A DNA stretch of 53,451 bases from a virus (taxonomy: Duplodnaviria > Caudoviricetes), in IMG/VR virus record IMGVR_UViG_3300030333_004406, positions 1 through 53,451 of that record; one strand, written 5' to 3'. The number at the start of each line of letters is the position of its first letter. Position 1 is the stretch's first letter. Below the pieces are notes generated by a model. That model did no database searches, had not been told where the DNA came from, and worked only from the letters and a program-made list of their open reading frames with translations. Made by a program: the position numbers and the translations under genes. Positions 1-9,300 of this stretch are shown here, piece after piece.

Positions 1-2
1 CT

Positions 3-416
3 GCTGTTATTTCCATACCACAAAAAGCACCTGAAGGTTCAATACTTAGAACTGAATCTCCATTTGATACTCTTGAGAGAGTTAAGCGTGTTGCACAAGA
101 GTGGATACGACCTGGTCACAGACGAGGTAGTAACACACACAACGTGTCAGCAACTATATCTTTAAAAGAGAATGAATGGAAAAAAGCAGGTGAATGGATG
201 TGGGAGAATAGAGAATATTACAATGGGTTATCTGTATTACCATATGATGGTGGTACATATACACAAGCTCCGTTTGAGGACATTGACGAAGCTAAATATA
301 ATAAAATGTCTAAAGTATTATCTAATGTAGATTTAACAAAGGTTATTGAAGCAGAAGATAACACAGATCTATCAGGTGAGTTAGCTTGCGCTGGTGGATC
401 GTGTGAAGTTGTTTAA
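3..416 (+). CDS. nrdJ: Class II (adenosylcobalamin-dependent) ribonucleotide reductase, C-terminal part (5'-truncated by the window)
   Basis: The frame is open from nt 3 (AVISIPQKAPEGSILRTES...HNVSATIS...YNGLSVLPY...YTQAPFE) and ends in the redox-shuttle tail ELACAGGSCEVV typical of RTPR/NrdJ. Confidence 0.85.
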   Translation, partial: AVISIPQKAPEGSILRTESPFDTLERVKRVAQEWIRPGHRRGSNTHNVSATISLKENEWKKAGEWMWENREYYNGLSVLPYDGGTYTQAPFEDIDEAKYNKMSKVLSNVDLTKVIEAEDNTDLSGELACAGGSCEVV

Positions 417-434
417 TTTAATAAAATATAAAAT

Positions 435-614
435 ATGAATTTATCAGAATTATTAGACGTTATGCAAGATGAAATGCATAGCGCACACGAGGAAATAGAC
501 AAGTTTATGGGTGGAAATAAATCAGCCGGAACTAGGGCTAGAAAGAGTATGCAAACAATTAAGGAGGCTGCTCAAAATGTGAGAAAACAAATTCAAACTA
601 TTAAAAATAGTTAA
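435..614 (+). CDS. Histone H1-like (Hc1-family, Bacteroidota-type) small DNA-binding protein, 59 aa; not in the ORF track
   Basis: Hand translation: MNLSELLDVMQDEMHSAHEEIDKFMGGNKSAGTRARKSMQTIKEAAQNVRKQIQTIKNS. GNKSAGTRARK is the family hallmark. Confidence 0.8.
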   Translation: MNLSELLDVMQDEMHSAHEEIDKFMGGNKSAGTRARKSMQTIKEAAQNVRKQIQTIKNS

Positions 615-620
615 AATAAT

Positions 621-647
621 AAAGGGAGCTTCGGCTCCCTTTTTTTA
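621..647. terminator. Bidirectional rho-independent terminator between convergent transcription units
   Basis: AAAGGGAGC-TTCG-GCTCCCTTTTTTT: perfect stem, C(UUCG)G loop, T-tract on + and A-rich flank on the other side. Confidence 0.9.
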
Positions 648-713
648 TCTTGATATTTTAAAGATTACATAACTAACTATAACAGCGGTTATACATATAG
701 GACACAAACACAT
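645..713 (-). CDS. Putative 22-aa Cys-rich hydrophobic peptide (MCLCPICITAVIVSYVIFKISR)
   Basis: ATG overlaps the thioredoxin-like stop (TAATG) and the ORF ends at the terminator. CxCxxC plus one hydrophobic helix. Confidence 0.5.
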   Translation of the reverse strand: MCLCPICITAVIVSYVIFKISR

Positions 714-1108
714 TATTGAAATTTATTTAATATTATTGTATCAACAGAGTTTTGTATAGTTTTTCTATCAGCTTCTAATTGAAACATTATATTAGGATTG
801 AATCTTACTTTTTCTACTCCGTTGTCAAAAATAATAACAGTTGGAATACCTGTTATATTATACTTAGTTTGTATATCGGAGTTAGCCATTATATCTAATC
901 TATACGATTCACACTCTTTTAATTTGTTTAACTCAGCGAATTGATTGGTTTTATTCCAATCAGCCCAAAATTCCACAGCAACAACATCTTTTGCTATTCG
1001 CTCTTTAAAATCACCATTAATAAAAGTTTGACCTTGAGCAACACCACATCCAAAAGCAAGTATCATTAATAAAATATAAATGTAATTTGATATATCTATT
1101 TTAATCAT
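713..1108 (-). CDS. Exported thioredoxin-fold protein lacking CxxC
   Basis: Signal peptide (AQG|Q), VAVEFWADWN where WCxxC is expected, and the cis-Pro motif ITGIPTVIIF. Confidence 0.8.
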   Translation of the reverse strand: MIKIDISNYIYILLMILAFGCGVAQGQTFINGDFKERIAKDVVAVEFWADWNKTNQFAELNKLKECESYRLDIMANSDIQTKYNITGIPTVIIFDNGVEKVRFNPNIMFQLEADRKTIQNSVDTIILNKFQ

Positions 1109-1449
1109 TGTCTTAATAATTTTATTTCTTCTTTCAACTCATCTACTTCCTTTACTAACGCGTCAATTTGGTTACGAGCCATTTGATCTTTCATATTAAA
1201 TTCCATTCTAGTTGGAGGCCAAGTGTTAGTCGCAGCTGGATCACCCATATCTATAGTGTATATACCTGTCCCAGGTTTAGGTAATTCTAATGCTTCATTA
1301 ACTTTGAGTTCTAGTTCTCCAAATTTAGAGTTGATAGTACTCATTAAACCAAAATAAGCAGATACAACTGTAACAACGGCTACAACTATACTGATTAGGG
1401 TTTTTATACTTATTTGAAATTTACTTTCTTCTGATAATTCTTTAGCCAT
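1105..1449 (-). CDS. Single-TM membrane protein with a C-terminal coiled coil
   Basis: TM segment ISIVVAVVTVVSAYFGL and heptad tail QIDALVKEVDELKEEIKLLRQ. ATGA overlap with the next gene. Confidence 0.7.
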   Translation of the reverse strand: MAKELSEESKFQISIKTLISIVVAVVTVVSAYFGLMSTINSKFGELELKVNEALELPKPGTGIYTIDMGDPAATNTWPPTRMEFNMKDQMARNQIDALVKEVDELKEEIKLLRQ

Positions 1450-1461
1450 TATTTATTAATT

Positions 1462-1863
1462 TTAATCTCCAAATGGAACATCTTCATTTTGATCTTGTTT
1501 GTCTATTTCTTTTTTCTTTTTCTTACCACCCCAATACTCAACAGCATAACCTTCTTCAACTAATTTGTCATTAATGTTTATAGACTCTTCTGCGACAGTA
1601 TATATTGTGCCAAGTACTCTTCCAAATTTACCTACCTCTCTACTTTCTAATATAAAATTTCCTTCGCCAAGTAATTCTATTAATCTAGCCTTAGAAGCTA
1701 AACCTCTAGCTTTTTCCTCTAAATCTCTGGTTCTAGATTCAGGCGTGTCAATACCGGTCAATCTAATTCTTTTATGTATAGTAATGTCAAATCCAAGATC
1801 TATATTAGCATCAATAGTATCACCATCAATAACTCTATCTAGTTTAGCTTTATATGTATACAT
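1462..1863 (-). CDS. Thermonuclease (SNase-like) family nuclease
   Basis: RVIDGDTID, RIRLTGIDTPE, GKFGRVLG, INDKLVEEGYA. The likely start is MYTYKAK at 1863 rather than 1890. Confidence 0.9.
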   Translation of the reverse strand: MYTYKAKLDRVIDGDTIDANIDLGFDITIHKRIRLTGIDTPESRTRDLEEKARGLASKARLIELLGEGNFILESREVGKFGRVLGTIYTVAEESININDKLVEEGYAVEYWGGKKKKKEIDKQDQNEDVPFGD

Positions 1864-1864
1864 A

Positions 1865-2518
1865 TTACTTTGAATAATAGATTTTCCCATTCTCTATATA
1901 CAAACCCTTTCTTACCAAAACCGCTTGTCCTTTGATATTATATATTACACTATTTTGAAGTGATTTATCTATTACTTCCATAATACTTGAATTACAAGGT
2001 AAACCTGAATCACAATCAATATATTCTACTATTTCTTCATATTGTATTTCTATAATAGTATCATACTCAATAACTGGTATTTCAATAAATAACGTATCCA
2101 ATATGTCATCGTATACAATAATCGTATCAGTTTGATATATATAATCAATTTCAACGATCGTATCGTATTCAATTATTGTTTCATATATCGTATTATATAT
2201 TGTATCAAATAATGTTTGATATTCAATTATTTCAACAAAAACCGTATCACATTCTGGTAACGGTGGAGCACAATCTTCTGGTGAAGTAGGTTCAGCTTCA
2301 TTTTCATCAGAAGCGTCAACACAGTCTTCCCACCCATCATTCAACCAAGATGTTTGTACGCACCCCATAGGAGAGTATTGAGTCCAATTTGCTGGATCAT
2401 CTCCACAATAAAAACCATTAGCCTCAGCGCAGTCTAAACATAATTGCTGAAAGTCGTATCCTTGCGCATTGACGAACGAGCCAATAAACGCAAATAGTAT
2501 TATAATATATTTCTTCAT
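1865..2518 (-). CDS. Secreted protein with an LDL-receptor class A-like module, DT(I/V/L)-repeat stalk and T9SS-CTD-like tail
   Basis: Signal peptide VNA|Q; FYC...GCVQTSWLNDGWEDCVDASDE; six DT[VIL] motifs; C-terminus IYNIKGQAVLVRKGLYIENGKIYYSK. Confidence 0.7.
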   Translation of the reverse strand: MKKYIIILFAFIGSFVNAQGYDFQQLCLDCAEANGFYCGDDPANWTQYSPMGCVQTSWLNDGWEDCVDASDENEAEPTSPEDCAPPLPECDTVFVEIIEYQTLFDTIYNTIYETIIEYDTIVEIDYIYQTDTIIVYDDILDTLFIEIPVIEYDTIIEIQYEEIVEYIDCDSGLPCNSSIMEVIDKSLQNSVIYNIKGQAVLVRKGLYIENGKIYYSK

Positions 2519-2535
2519 AATTTCATTTTTTAAAT

Positions 2536-2823
2536 TTATTTTTCATCTTTTTGTTTAGGGGTTATTGGTTTTACGGTACCATCTTCGTTTAGTTCAATTT
2601 CACTTTCCCAATTAGGATTATTCTTACGATACTCTGTAACTTGTTTTTTCTTTTCTTCCCATGATAACTTGTTACCATCAGGATCTGTAGCACCATGCAA
2701 ATCCCAAGCTTTTTTAGCATCTGCATCCTTTTTGTCAGTTATTCTCTGTTGTTCTTCTTCAGGAAGATTTGTCTCTTTTTTAAAAGGAAAACTCCCTTCG
2801 TTATATTTCATTTTAAAAGCCAT
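2536..2823 (-). CDS. Hypothetical charged protein with an N-terminal MAFKMK motif
   Basis: MAFKMKYNEGSFPFKKET; tightly packed in the operon. Confidence 0.7.
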   Translation of the reverse strand: MAFKMKYNEGSFPFKKETNLPEEEQQRITDKKDADAKKAWDLHGATDPDGNKLSWEEKKKQVTEYRKNNPNWESEIELNEDGTVKPITPKQKDEK

Positions 2824-2825
2824 AA

Positions 2826-3878
2826 TTAAAATATTAAATAGTTAAAACCAAACTTCACTTCGTACACTGGTTTCTCCCAGTATTTCATATGAGTCCCTTC
2901 AATAAACATCCCAAGTGATTTTGTAATCCTTGAGCCAAATACAATACCAGCATCCCATTCCATTGTATCCCATCTTTCATCTCCATATTCAAACGAGTAT
3001 TCGTCTAATCCGTAATGTAACGGTAAACAATTAGCCCAAATATGTAGCCATAATTTAGGTGTGTACTTATAATAAGCTAATCCTATAACAGCACTAACTT
3101 CTTTTTGTAAACCTAATTTCTCCAATTCACGTTCGTTAAACCGTGCAACTGCGTCTCCGAAATAGTGGTGGAAAAACTCGTCGTTTGAGGTAGCGATAAG
3201 TACGGAATCTCCACCACTGACATCGTACCAATTCTGGTCGATATAAAATCCTTGCATCCAAGGTTCTGAAGCATAACCAAAGTCTTCTGCTAAATCTTGA
3301 AATGTATTTTCTCCTGGAACCCAGAAATCATCTATTGGAGTTACACCATAAACAGGGTGAACCCTCATAACAGCTCCTAATGTTAAATCCCAGTTGCCTT
3401 TTGTTACTCTGTATCTAGTATCAAATGACATATATTTTAAATTTACTCTTTGATTATCTGTGTATTGTAATTTAGTAACACAACTATTACCTAAATATCT
3501 TAACCAAAAATTTTGATTATTAAATTTTTCTCCACGTTCACGGATAAAAGAATAGTTAAGTAAATATTCCCAACCAATAGCGTTTCCTATTGTCACATTA
3601 TCACTTACTCCATCTTCAGTTCCATAATACCATGTTTTAACCTTATATTCATAATCCATTCGAGCAATTTTTCTCAACCCTATTGTTAAGTTGTAATCAT
3701 ATGGATTAATTTCTGTTACATCCTCGTAACCCTTATCGACCGCTATATAATCTTCTGTTTCTACAAAAGATGTACCCATGGTCATCGATGTGTAGAACGT
3801 TGAATATTTAAAGAAGTCATTTAACTGAGCAGTGCAAATAGCGCTGACCAATAGAAATAGTAGTAGTATTTTTTTCAT
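2826..3878 (-). CDS. Putative outer-membrane beta-barrel protein
   Basis: Signal peptide CTA|Q, aromatic-rich amphipathic strands, and a C-terminal BAM-type beta-signal YEVKFGFNYLIF. Confidence 0.7.
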   Translation of the reverse strand: MKKILLLFLLVSAICTAQLNDFFKYSTFYTSMTMGTSFVETEDYIAVDKGYEDVTEINPYDYNLTIGLRKIARMDYEYKVKTWYYGTEDGVSDNVTIGNAIGWEYLLNYSFIRERGEKFNNQNFWLRYLGNSCVTKLQYTDNQRVNLKYMSFDTRYRVTKGNWDLTLGAVMRVHPVYGVTPIDDFWVPGENTFQDLAEDFGYASEPWMQGFYIDQNWYDVSGGDSVLIATSNDEFFHHYFGDAVARFNERELEKLGLQKEVSAVIGLAYYKYTPKLWLHIWANCLPLHYGLDEYSFEYGDERWDTMEWDAGIVFGSRITKSLGMFIEGTHMKYWEKPVYEVKFGFNYLIF

Positions 3879-4006
3879 TTTCCTTGTCCTTTATATAATT
3901 TTTTATAGTTCTTACTTTTTTTAAGAGTTGACGTTTTAGACTTAGCGTGAACTCCTTTTCTTTTTGTTCGTTTCTTTTTTTCAAAAACGTATACTAATCT
4001 AGCCAT
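3875..4006 (-). CDS. Small very basic phage protein, 43 aa; not in the ORF track
   Basis: MARLVYVFEKKKRTKRKGVHAKSKTSTLKKSKNYKKLYKGQGK, coupled to both neighbours (TAATG and ATGA overlaps). Ends in the Y[KR]GQG[KR] motif common in marine phages. Confidence 0.8.
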   Translation of the reverse strand: MARLVYVFEKKKRTKRKGVHAKSKTSTLKKSKNYKKLYKGQGK

Positions 4007-4503
4007 TATATAGTCTTATATTTTATTGTAACTTCCTCTCCACAATCAATAGCCTTTGCTATCTTGGGATATATTCTCTTATACGCTTGAGTTGATTTAC
4101 CTATAAAACCGTCCTTCGTGATTTGGTTGTTTTCTTGGGAGTCGCCAACGAGGAGACAGCCAGCTGTATGCTCATCGGTATTACCACAATGTATAAGAAT
4201 ATACTCAAAACCAGGCACATCAATAACGTGAAGCATGCCAATATGAATGTCTGGAAACCTCTTACTATACCTTTGATGATATCCACCTTCTTTTCTAAGA
4301 TCCAGCTTATAAGTTCCATTAGGAATTCTTGTCTCGCCATATATTTTTTTATCTCGTTGTTCATCTTCTAATGTGTATGCTAAAAATTTTCTTTTACATC
4401 TAAAACCCTCACCATGAGGATTGTTTGCTGTTCTATCTAGTTCCAATAACATACCATTGGTACTGTCAGTGCCACTAGAGAATCTAATTACTTCTAATTC
4501 CAT
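4006..4503 (-). CDS. DUF5675-family protein (putative L,D-peptidase-like cell-wall enzyme / endolysin candidate)
   Basis: YTLED, TRIPNGTYKL, DVPGFEYILIHCGNTDEHTAGCLLVG (HxGN...GC catalytic-type motif). Confidence 0.8.
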   Translation of the reverse strand: MELEVIRFSSGTDSTNGMLLELDRTANNPHGEGFRCKRKFLAYTLEDEQRDKKIYGETRIPNGTYKLDLRKEGGYHQRYSKRFPDIHIGMLHVIDVPGFEYILIHCGNTDEHTAGCLLVGDSQENNQITKDGFIGKSTQAYKRIYPKIAKAIDCGEEVTIKYKTI

Positions 4504-4516
4504 TTATTTAATTTTT

Positions 4517-4807
4517 TTATTGAATTATAACTGTTATTGCAGGGGCTGTACCGGTGCTATAACAAAACAAACTCCATTCAGGTGGCACATAATAACCTTT
4601 ATCAAAAACTAAAGTAGCACCCTTAGGTATCATGCAGTTCTTAATTATATAAGCATCAGTTGCGCCTTGTTTGTAATATAGGTCAAACCTAGCATCAGCG
4701 GTATTATCACTAAAATTTGATACTGTTATAGTTTTTATATCTCTTAGTGTACCACCTGTTATCAAAGCCGTTGTTGCTGGTGATGTTGTTATTGTTTTTA
4801 TTACCAT
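4517..4807 (-). CDS. Small beta-rich virion protein (hypothetical)
   Basis: 96-aa ORF with a beta-strand pattern (IPKGATLVFD), located in the tail-fibre block. Confidence 0.6.
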   Translation of the reverse strand: MVIKTITTSPATTALITGGTLRDIKTITVSNFSDNTADARFDLYYKQGATDAYIIKNCMIPKGATLVFDKGYYVPPEWSLFCYSTGTAPAITVIIQ

Positions 4808-4817
4808 TTTATTATTA

Positions 4818-6143
4818 TTAACTTTCTATTATTTGCACCCCATCTATTGCTAAATCACTTCTAAAACCTGTTGCGTTTTGACTAACAAAATATATATAAT
4901 AATCAGTGTCATTTCTATAGCTATTTAGACTAATTGTTTTTTGTTGCCACACACTACTTGAATTTGTAAAACCACTAAATGATTCATAAGCTGCTAATTC
5001 TGTAGCATTACTATGATTAGAAGTTGTAGCATCATCTATGTATACATACAAATCTCCCATTTGAGATCCATAAGCGTGAACCCAAAATTTTAAATCTAAA
5101 TCATTTCCAGAGTCTATCATCTGATCACTATTGAACACTGGCATTCTAGCCACAAAACAATACAAATGTCTAAGTTGAGTTGTTTCAGTATACAAATATT
5201 TAGTTGATGAAGCATGCGAACCATCTGAAACATCAACGCCATTAGCGGGTCCAGTACTACCAGATGGTGTTGTGCCTGTGTCACAGTTCCAACCTTTAAC
5301 TGTTTTATTAGATGTTCTTCCCCAGTAAGTTCCATCTGTAGCACTTGATCCATTCACCCAATTATTACTTGGAGACCAACTACTTAGATGACTAGTCTGT
5401 GTTGTTTCACCTTCGAACTGATAAAATAGTTGATAAGGTGTGGGTTCCACTGTGTTACCGGGTTGAGCAATATTCGCTAAACTAGAAGTGCCAATTCCAT
5501 TTACTTTTAATATATCAGCTGGGGGTTCACCAATAACTTTATCAGGAAATTGCTCAGAATATGTTACTCTTAATCCTATCTCCCCAGGTCCACCTATTAC
5601 ACTAATGGGTGTACCAGCTGAGCCAACAATGTAGAGGGCAAAACCAAAATTAGCTTGATCACTAGGATCCCAAGATAATCCTGATAACGAATCACTAGCG
5701 CCCGCCATAACATCTGTACCAGAAACATTGTTTACATAGTATTTATTAGAACCTTGTAATGTTAATTCAGTTGAATCACCATTTAAGGTGCCACCACTTG
5801 GTGTAGATAAAAATGTTAAAGGAGCTGAATACGATGAGCCATTATAAAACCTCATCATCCAAACGTGATTTTCACTAGCACCCATTCCTCCAGCTGCACC
5901 AAACTTTCCATTACCCACGGTAGCTAGTTCAACCCCAGTTATAGTAGCTGTAGCTGGTATAGTACTTGAAAAACAACCTGACCACATATTACCCACTGGA
6001 GACGTACTAGTGGTATAAACAACATTAAAACCTGATGCATATAATCTCGTTGGTGCACCAAAACTAGCGTATGTGTTACCATCTCCTAGCGCTGTGCCTA
6101 AGGTAACGTTTGCTGTTGGTGGTGATATACTAGTAACAGCCAT
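4818..6143 (-). CDS. Tail/fibre-associated protein with a C-terminal MAM domain
   Basis: TPSGSTGP...KYLYTET...LKFWVHAYGSQMGDLYVY...WQQKTISL...SDLAIDGVQI matches the MAM pattern; central DKVIG...LKVNGI linker. Confidence 0.75.
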   Translation of the reverse strand: MAVTSISPPTANVTLGTALGDGNTYASFGAPTRLYASGFNVVYTTSTSPVGNMWSGCFSSTIPATATITGVELATVGNGKFGAAGGMGASENHVWMMRFYNGSSYSAPLTFLSTPSGGTLNGDSTELTLQGSNKYYVNNVSGTDVMAGASDSLSGLSWDPSDQANFGFALYIVGSAGTPISVIGGPGEIGLRVTYSEQFPDKVIGEPPADILKVNGIGTSSLANIAQPGNTVEPTPYQLFYQFEGETTQTSHLSSWSPSNNWVNGSSATDGTYWGRTSNKTVKGWNCDTGTTPSGSTGPANGVDVSDGSHASSTKYLYTETTQLRHLYCFVARMPVFNSDQMIDSGNDLDLKFWVHAYGSQMGDLYVYIDDATTSNHSNATELAAYESFSGFTNSSSVWQQKTISLNSYRNDTDYYIYFVSQNATGFRSDLAIDGVQIIES

Positions 6144-6144
6144 A

Positions 6145-6348
6145 TTAATCTACTTTTATATAACCAGTGGTTTGATCATAAAGACCATCAGGTATAAAAT
6201 TATTATTATCATTATCCCAAAATCCTTCAGAATCTAAAACACCCTCTTGAGTTTTCCAATACTTACCGAAATCAAATGTTTTACCATTAACAGTAACAGT
6301 TTCCGTGTTGACATCATATGTCGCTCTAGTGAAGTTAAAATTAGACAT
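6145..6348 (-). CDS. Hypothetical protein
   Basis: 67-aa ORF overlapping the tail fibre end and abutting the next gene. Confidence 0.6.
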   Translation of the reverse strand: MSNFNFTRATYDVNTETVTVNGKTFDFGKYWKTQEGVLDSEGFWDNDNNNFIPDGLYDQTTGYIKVD

Positions 6349-9300
6349 GTTCTACCCAAGTATTATCAGGATTAAACCATATTTTATTTGTATCACCTGT
6401 TGTTAAAGCATAACCAATAACTCTAACTATATCTCCAGTAGCTGTGGGTGCAGCTGTTGTTGCATCTCCAGCAGTAGCTTTATCTAAATAAAGTATACTA
6501 CCTAAAGCTTCAGTTCCAACTATATTACCCGCTAAATCCACTGTACCTCTAAGTAACATTCCATCAGCGTCAGGATCAGTGCCTAATGCTACAGCTAATA
6601 AACCTGTAGCTGTACTTGGGTCATCTGAGTTAGTTAAAACCCACAATCCAGTGGATGCGTAATAGTATATCTTACCAGCTACGGTTGCTGTTCCCCCTGT
6701 GTTGTTTCCTATATATACAACATCTCCATCAGCTCCTCCATCACTAGGTGTTACAAATTGTCTTCTTGGAATATTTGTTTTTCCAACTATTTCATTTGAA
6801 GTACCAGTTATACTAACGTTTGTTGCGTCTACATCTAGTGTACCAGCATTTATATCAACTGTACCAGATGTTGTTAAATCTATTTCGCTTGATCCACCGG
6901 CAACAGAAAAAGCACCAGATGGAGTTATAGTTATTGCGCTTTCTCCTGTAACGTTGTCACCTTTCAAAGCTAGATCACCAGCTATAGTAGTTGTTGAAGC
7001 TGTTCCAGCTCCGATAGTAACATCTATTTCTCCGTCAGCATTGGTATCGCCGTTCAACACTAAACCGGCTGTTGTACTTGTACCATCATATTCTGTAACA
7101 TAAAATGACAACTTACCAGCCTCTTGTCCAGATACAGCATCCGCGATTGTAGCCTGAATACCAGCGTATATTTGTTCAGATGGAGTACCGTCGTCATAAC
7201 CTTTAAATTGAATACTTCCTATAACGTCATTGTTTGAAGCATCAAAGATTGAACCTGGATCACCTCCCGCAACATTGGTTCTTTCTTTGTTAAATATTAA
7301 CATAGGTCCATTAGCATCATTAACTACGTCATATATTGTTATTTGTGCATTTGTAGCCCCATATCCACCAACTTCTAATTCACCAGTGTCGCTCAATGAC
7401 ATTACTTGTTTTGAACCATGGTATCCATTTGCAAACCAATGAAACGAGGAGGTGCTATCATTATCCACGTCTATAGCAAAAAACATATCAGTGTCAGCGC
7501 GAAGAGACAGACTACTATCTGTTGGCCCGTATATATCACCTCCAGAAACAGTTAAATCTCCGGTTATTGTAGCGTCCCCAGCTATTGTAGTTAAAGACGT
7601 TGCTCCATTACCGATTGTAACGTCGACCTCGTCTTCCGCGTCACCACTAACTATGCTTAAGCCAGGTTGTAATTCCCCGTCATGACTAGCAACACTTAGT
7701 GTTAATAAACCTTCTTCAGCGCCATCAGTCATGTCGTTAATTCTTGCTACTATTTCAGCATAACTAATTACCTCAGGGGTTCCAGCGTCGTTATCTCCAT
7801 GAAAAGAAATTTTACCCAATACTTCACCACCTTCAACATTGTCTGCATCTTTTAAAAACTTTAATTCAGACGAAGTTGTTCTAGTTGTGTTTGTAGTTTT
7901 TATTTCAACCACAGGTTTTCCAGCACTTGCTGACGCTATATCAAAATTATCAGTATCAACCGTGATATCATTGCCAGTTGCATTTAATGCGATATCTCCA
8001 GTAGCATCCAGTGATATATTTCCACTACTATCGATATCAAAATTACCTGTAACATCCATTGTTGGAGTTGAGTCAAGATGCCATCGTATTCTTTCTGTAC
8101 CATTCTCCTTGAAGAACATATCTTCACCAGTATGGGCATCTAATACTATTTCCCCTTGAGCATCTAAAGTTAAATCAGCAGAGGTTCCACCATTATCTAC
8201 TGTTGCTATGGTTGCTGCTCCACCTGCTCCAACAGCTATAGTGCAGTAATCATTAACACTAGTTGAACTCCTCATTACTATATCCCACCCAGCACCATCT
8301 TCACATGTTAATTCTATACCGTTGTTTGTATCTCCATCCGTCACCTCCATTTGTATACCACGATTAACAGCGGTACCATTAGTACCGGCAGAATCTACAG
8401 TTAACGCTATACCAGTCATGTTCATCACGCCAGAGTTGCTAGTTGCCGCGTCGTGCATTGTTAGGTTGATACCATTCTGCGAAACAGTATTTAATGATGC
8501 TACATTACCGCTTTTATTGTAGTCCAATTTAATTAAACCATTCTCACTTCTATTTATGTCGGTAGTTAAACCATCGTTATGGACTACATGTATAGGGTTT
8601 CCATTTGTTAAAGCATCACCTCTAATATTAAGTATATCACCTGTTGTAGCGTTTGCCGCATCTATATCTACTACATTAGCGGTTGTATTAGTAGCATCTA
8701 TATGTAGTGCTACTTGATCATCATCATTATTATCAATTAACAAAGCCGCCGCACCCGATGATGAACCATTTTCTATTTCAACACCGTCAGACGTAATTTT
8801 AGTAAGACCAAATCCATCGTTATCTAGAAGAATATCTCCATCAATCGCTAGCGAAAGATCTGCAGCATGTGCTGCGTTGTCTTTTGTGGTGATTGTTGTT
8901 TCACCGTGTTCTGCAACCTGTATTTCAAAGTAATCATCTGTAGAAGCACCACCCATTTCATACATTCTTAACTGTGAAAAGTTGTCGTTTTCCCCTAAGA
9001 TTCTAAGAAACTCATTATTAGCACCATCAACATGAACCTCAAAATCTCTACCAGGATCATTGTCAGCGATAATAACTTTAAAATCTCCATCAGCTTGAAT
9101 TGTTATGTCTGCCGCTTCAGCATTATCGTCCACTGTTGTTAGAGTTGTAGCTCCATTTGTTGTTGTAGAAATACTAAAATAGTCTCCTGAGTCAGCTGAA
9201 CTCACAGCCTTGAAATCAATACCACCATCTTCTACCTTAGAATAGTAACCAATTGAGGTGCTTACATCACCGTCTGTTAGTACAGCTCTATAACCCGTTT

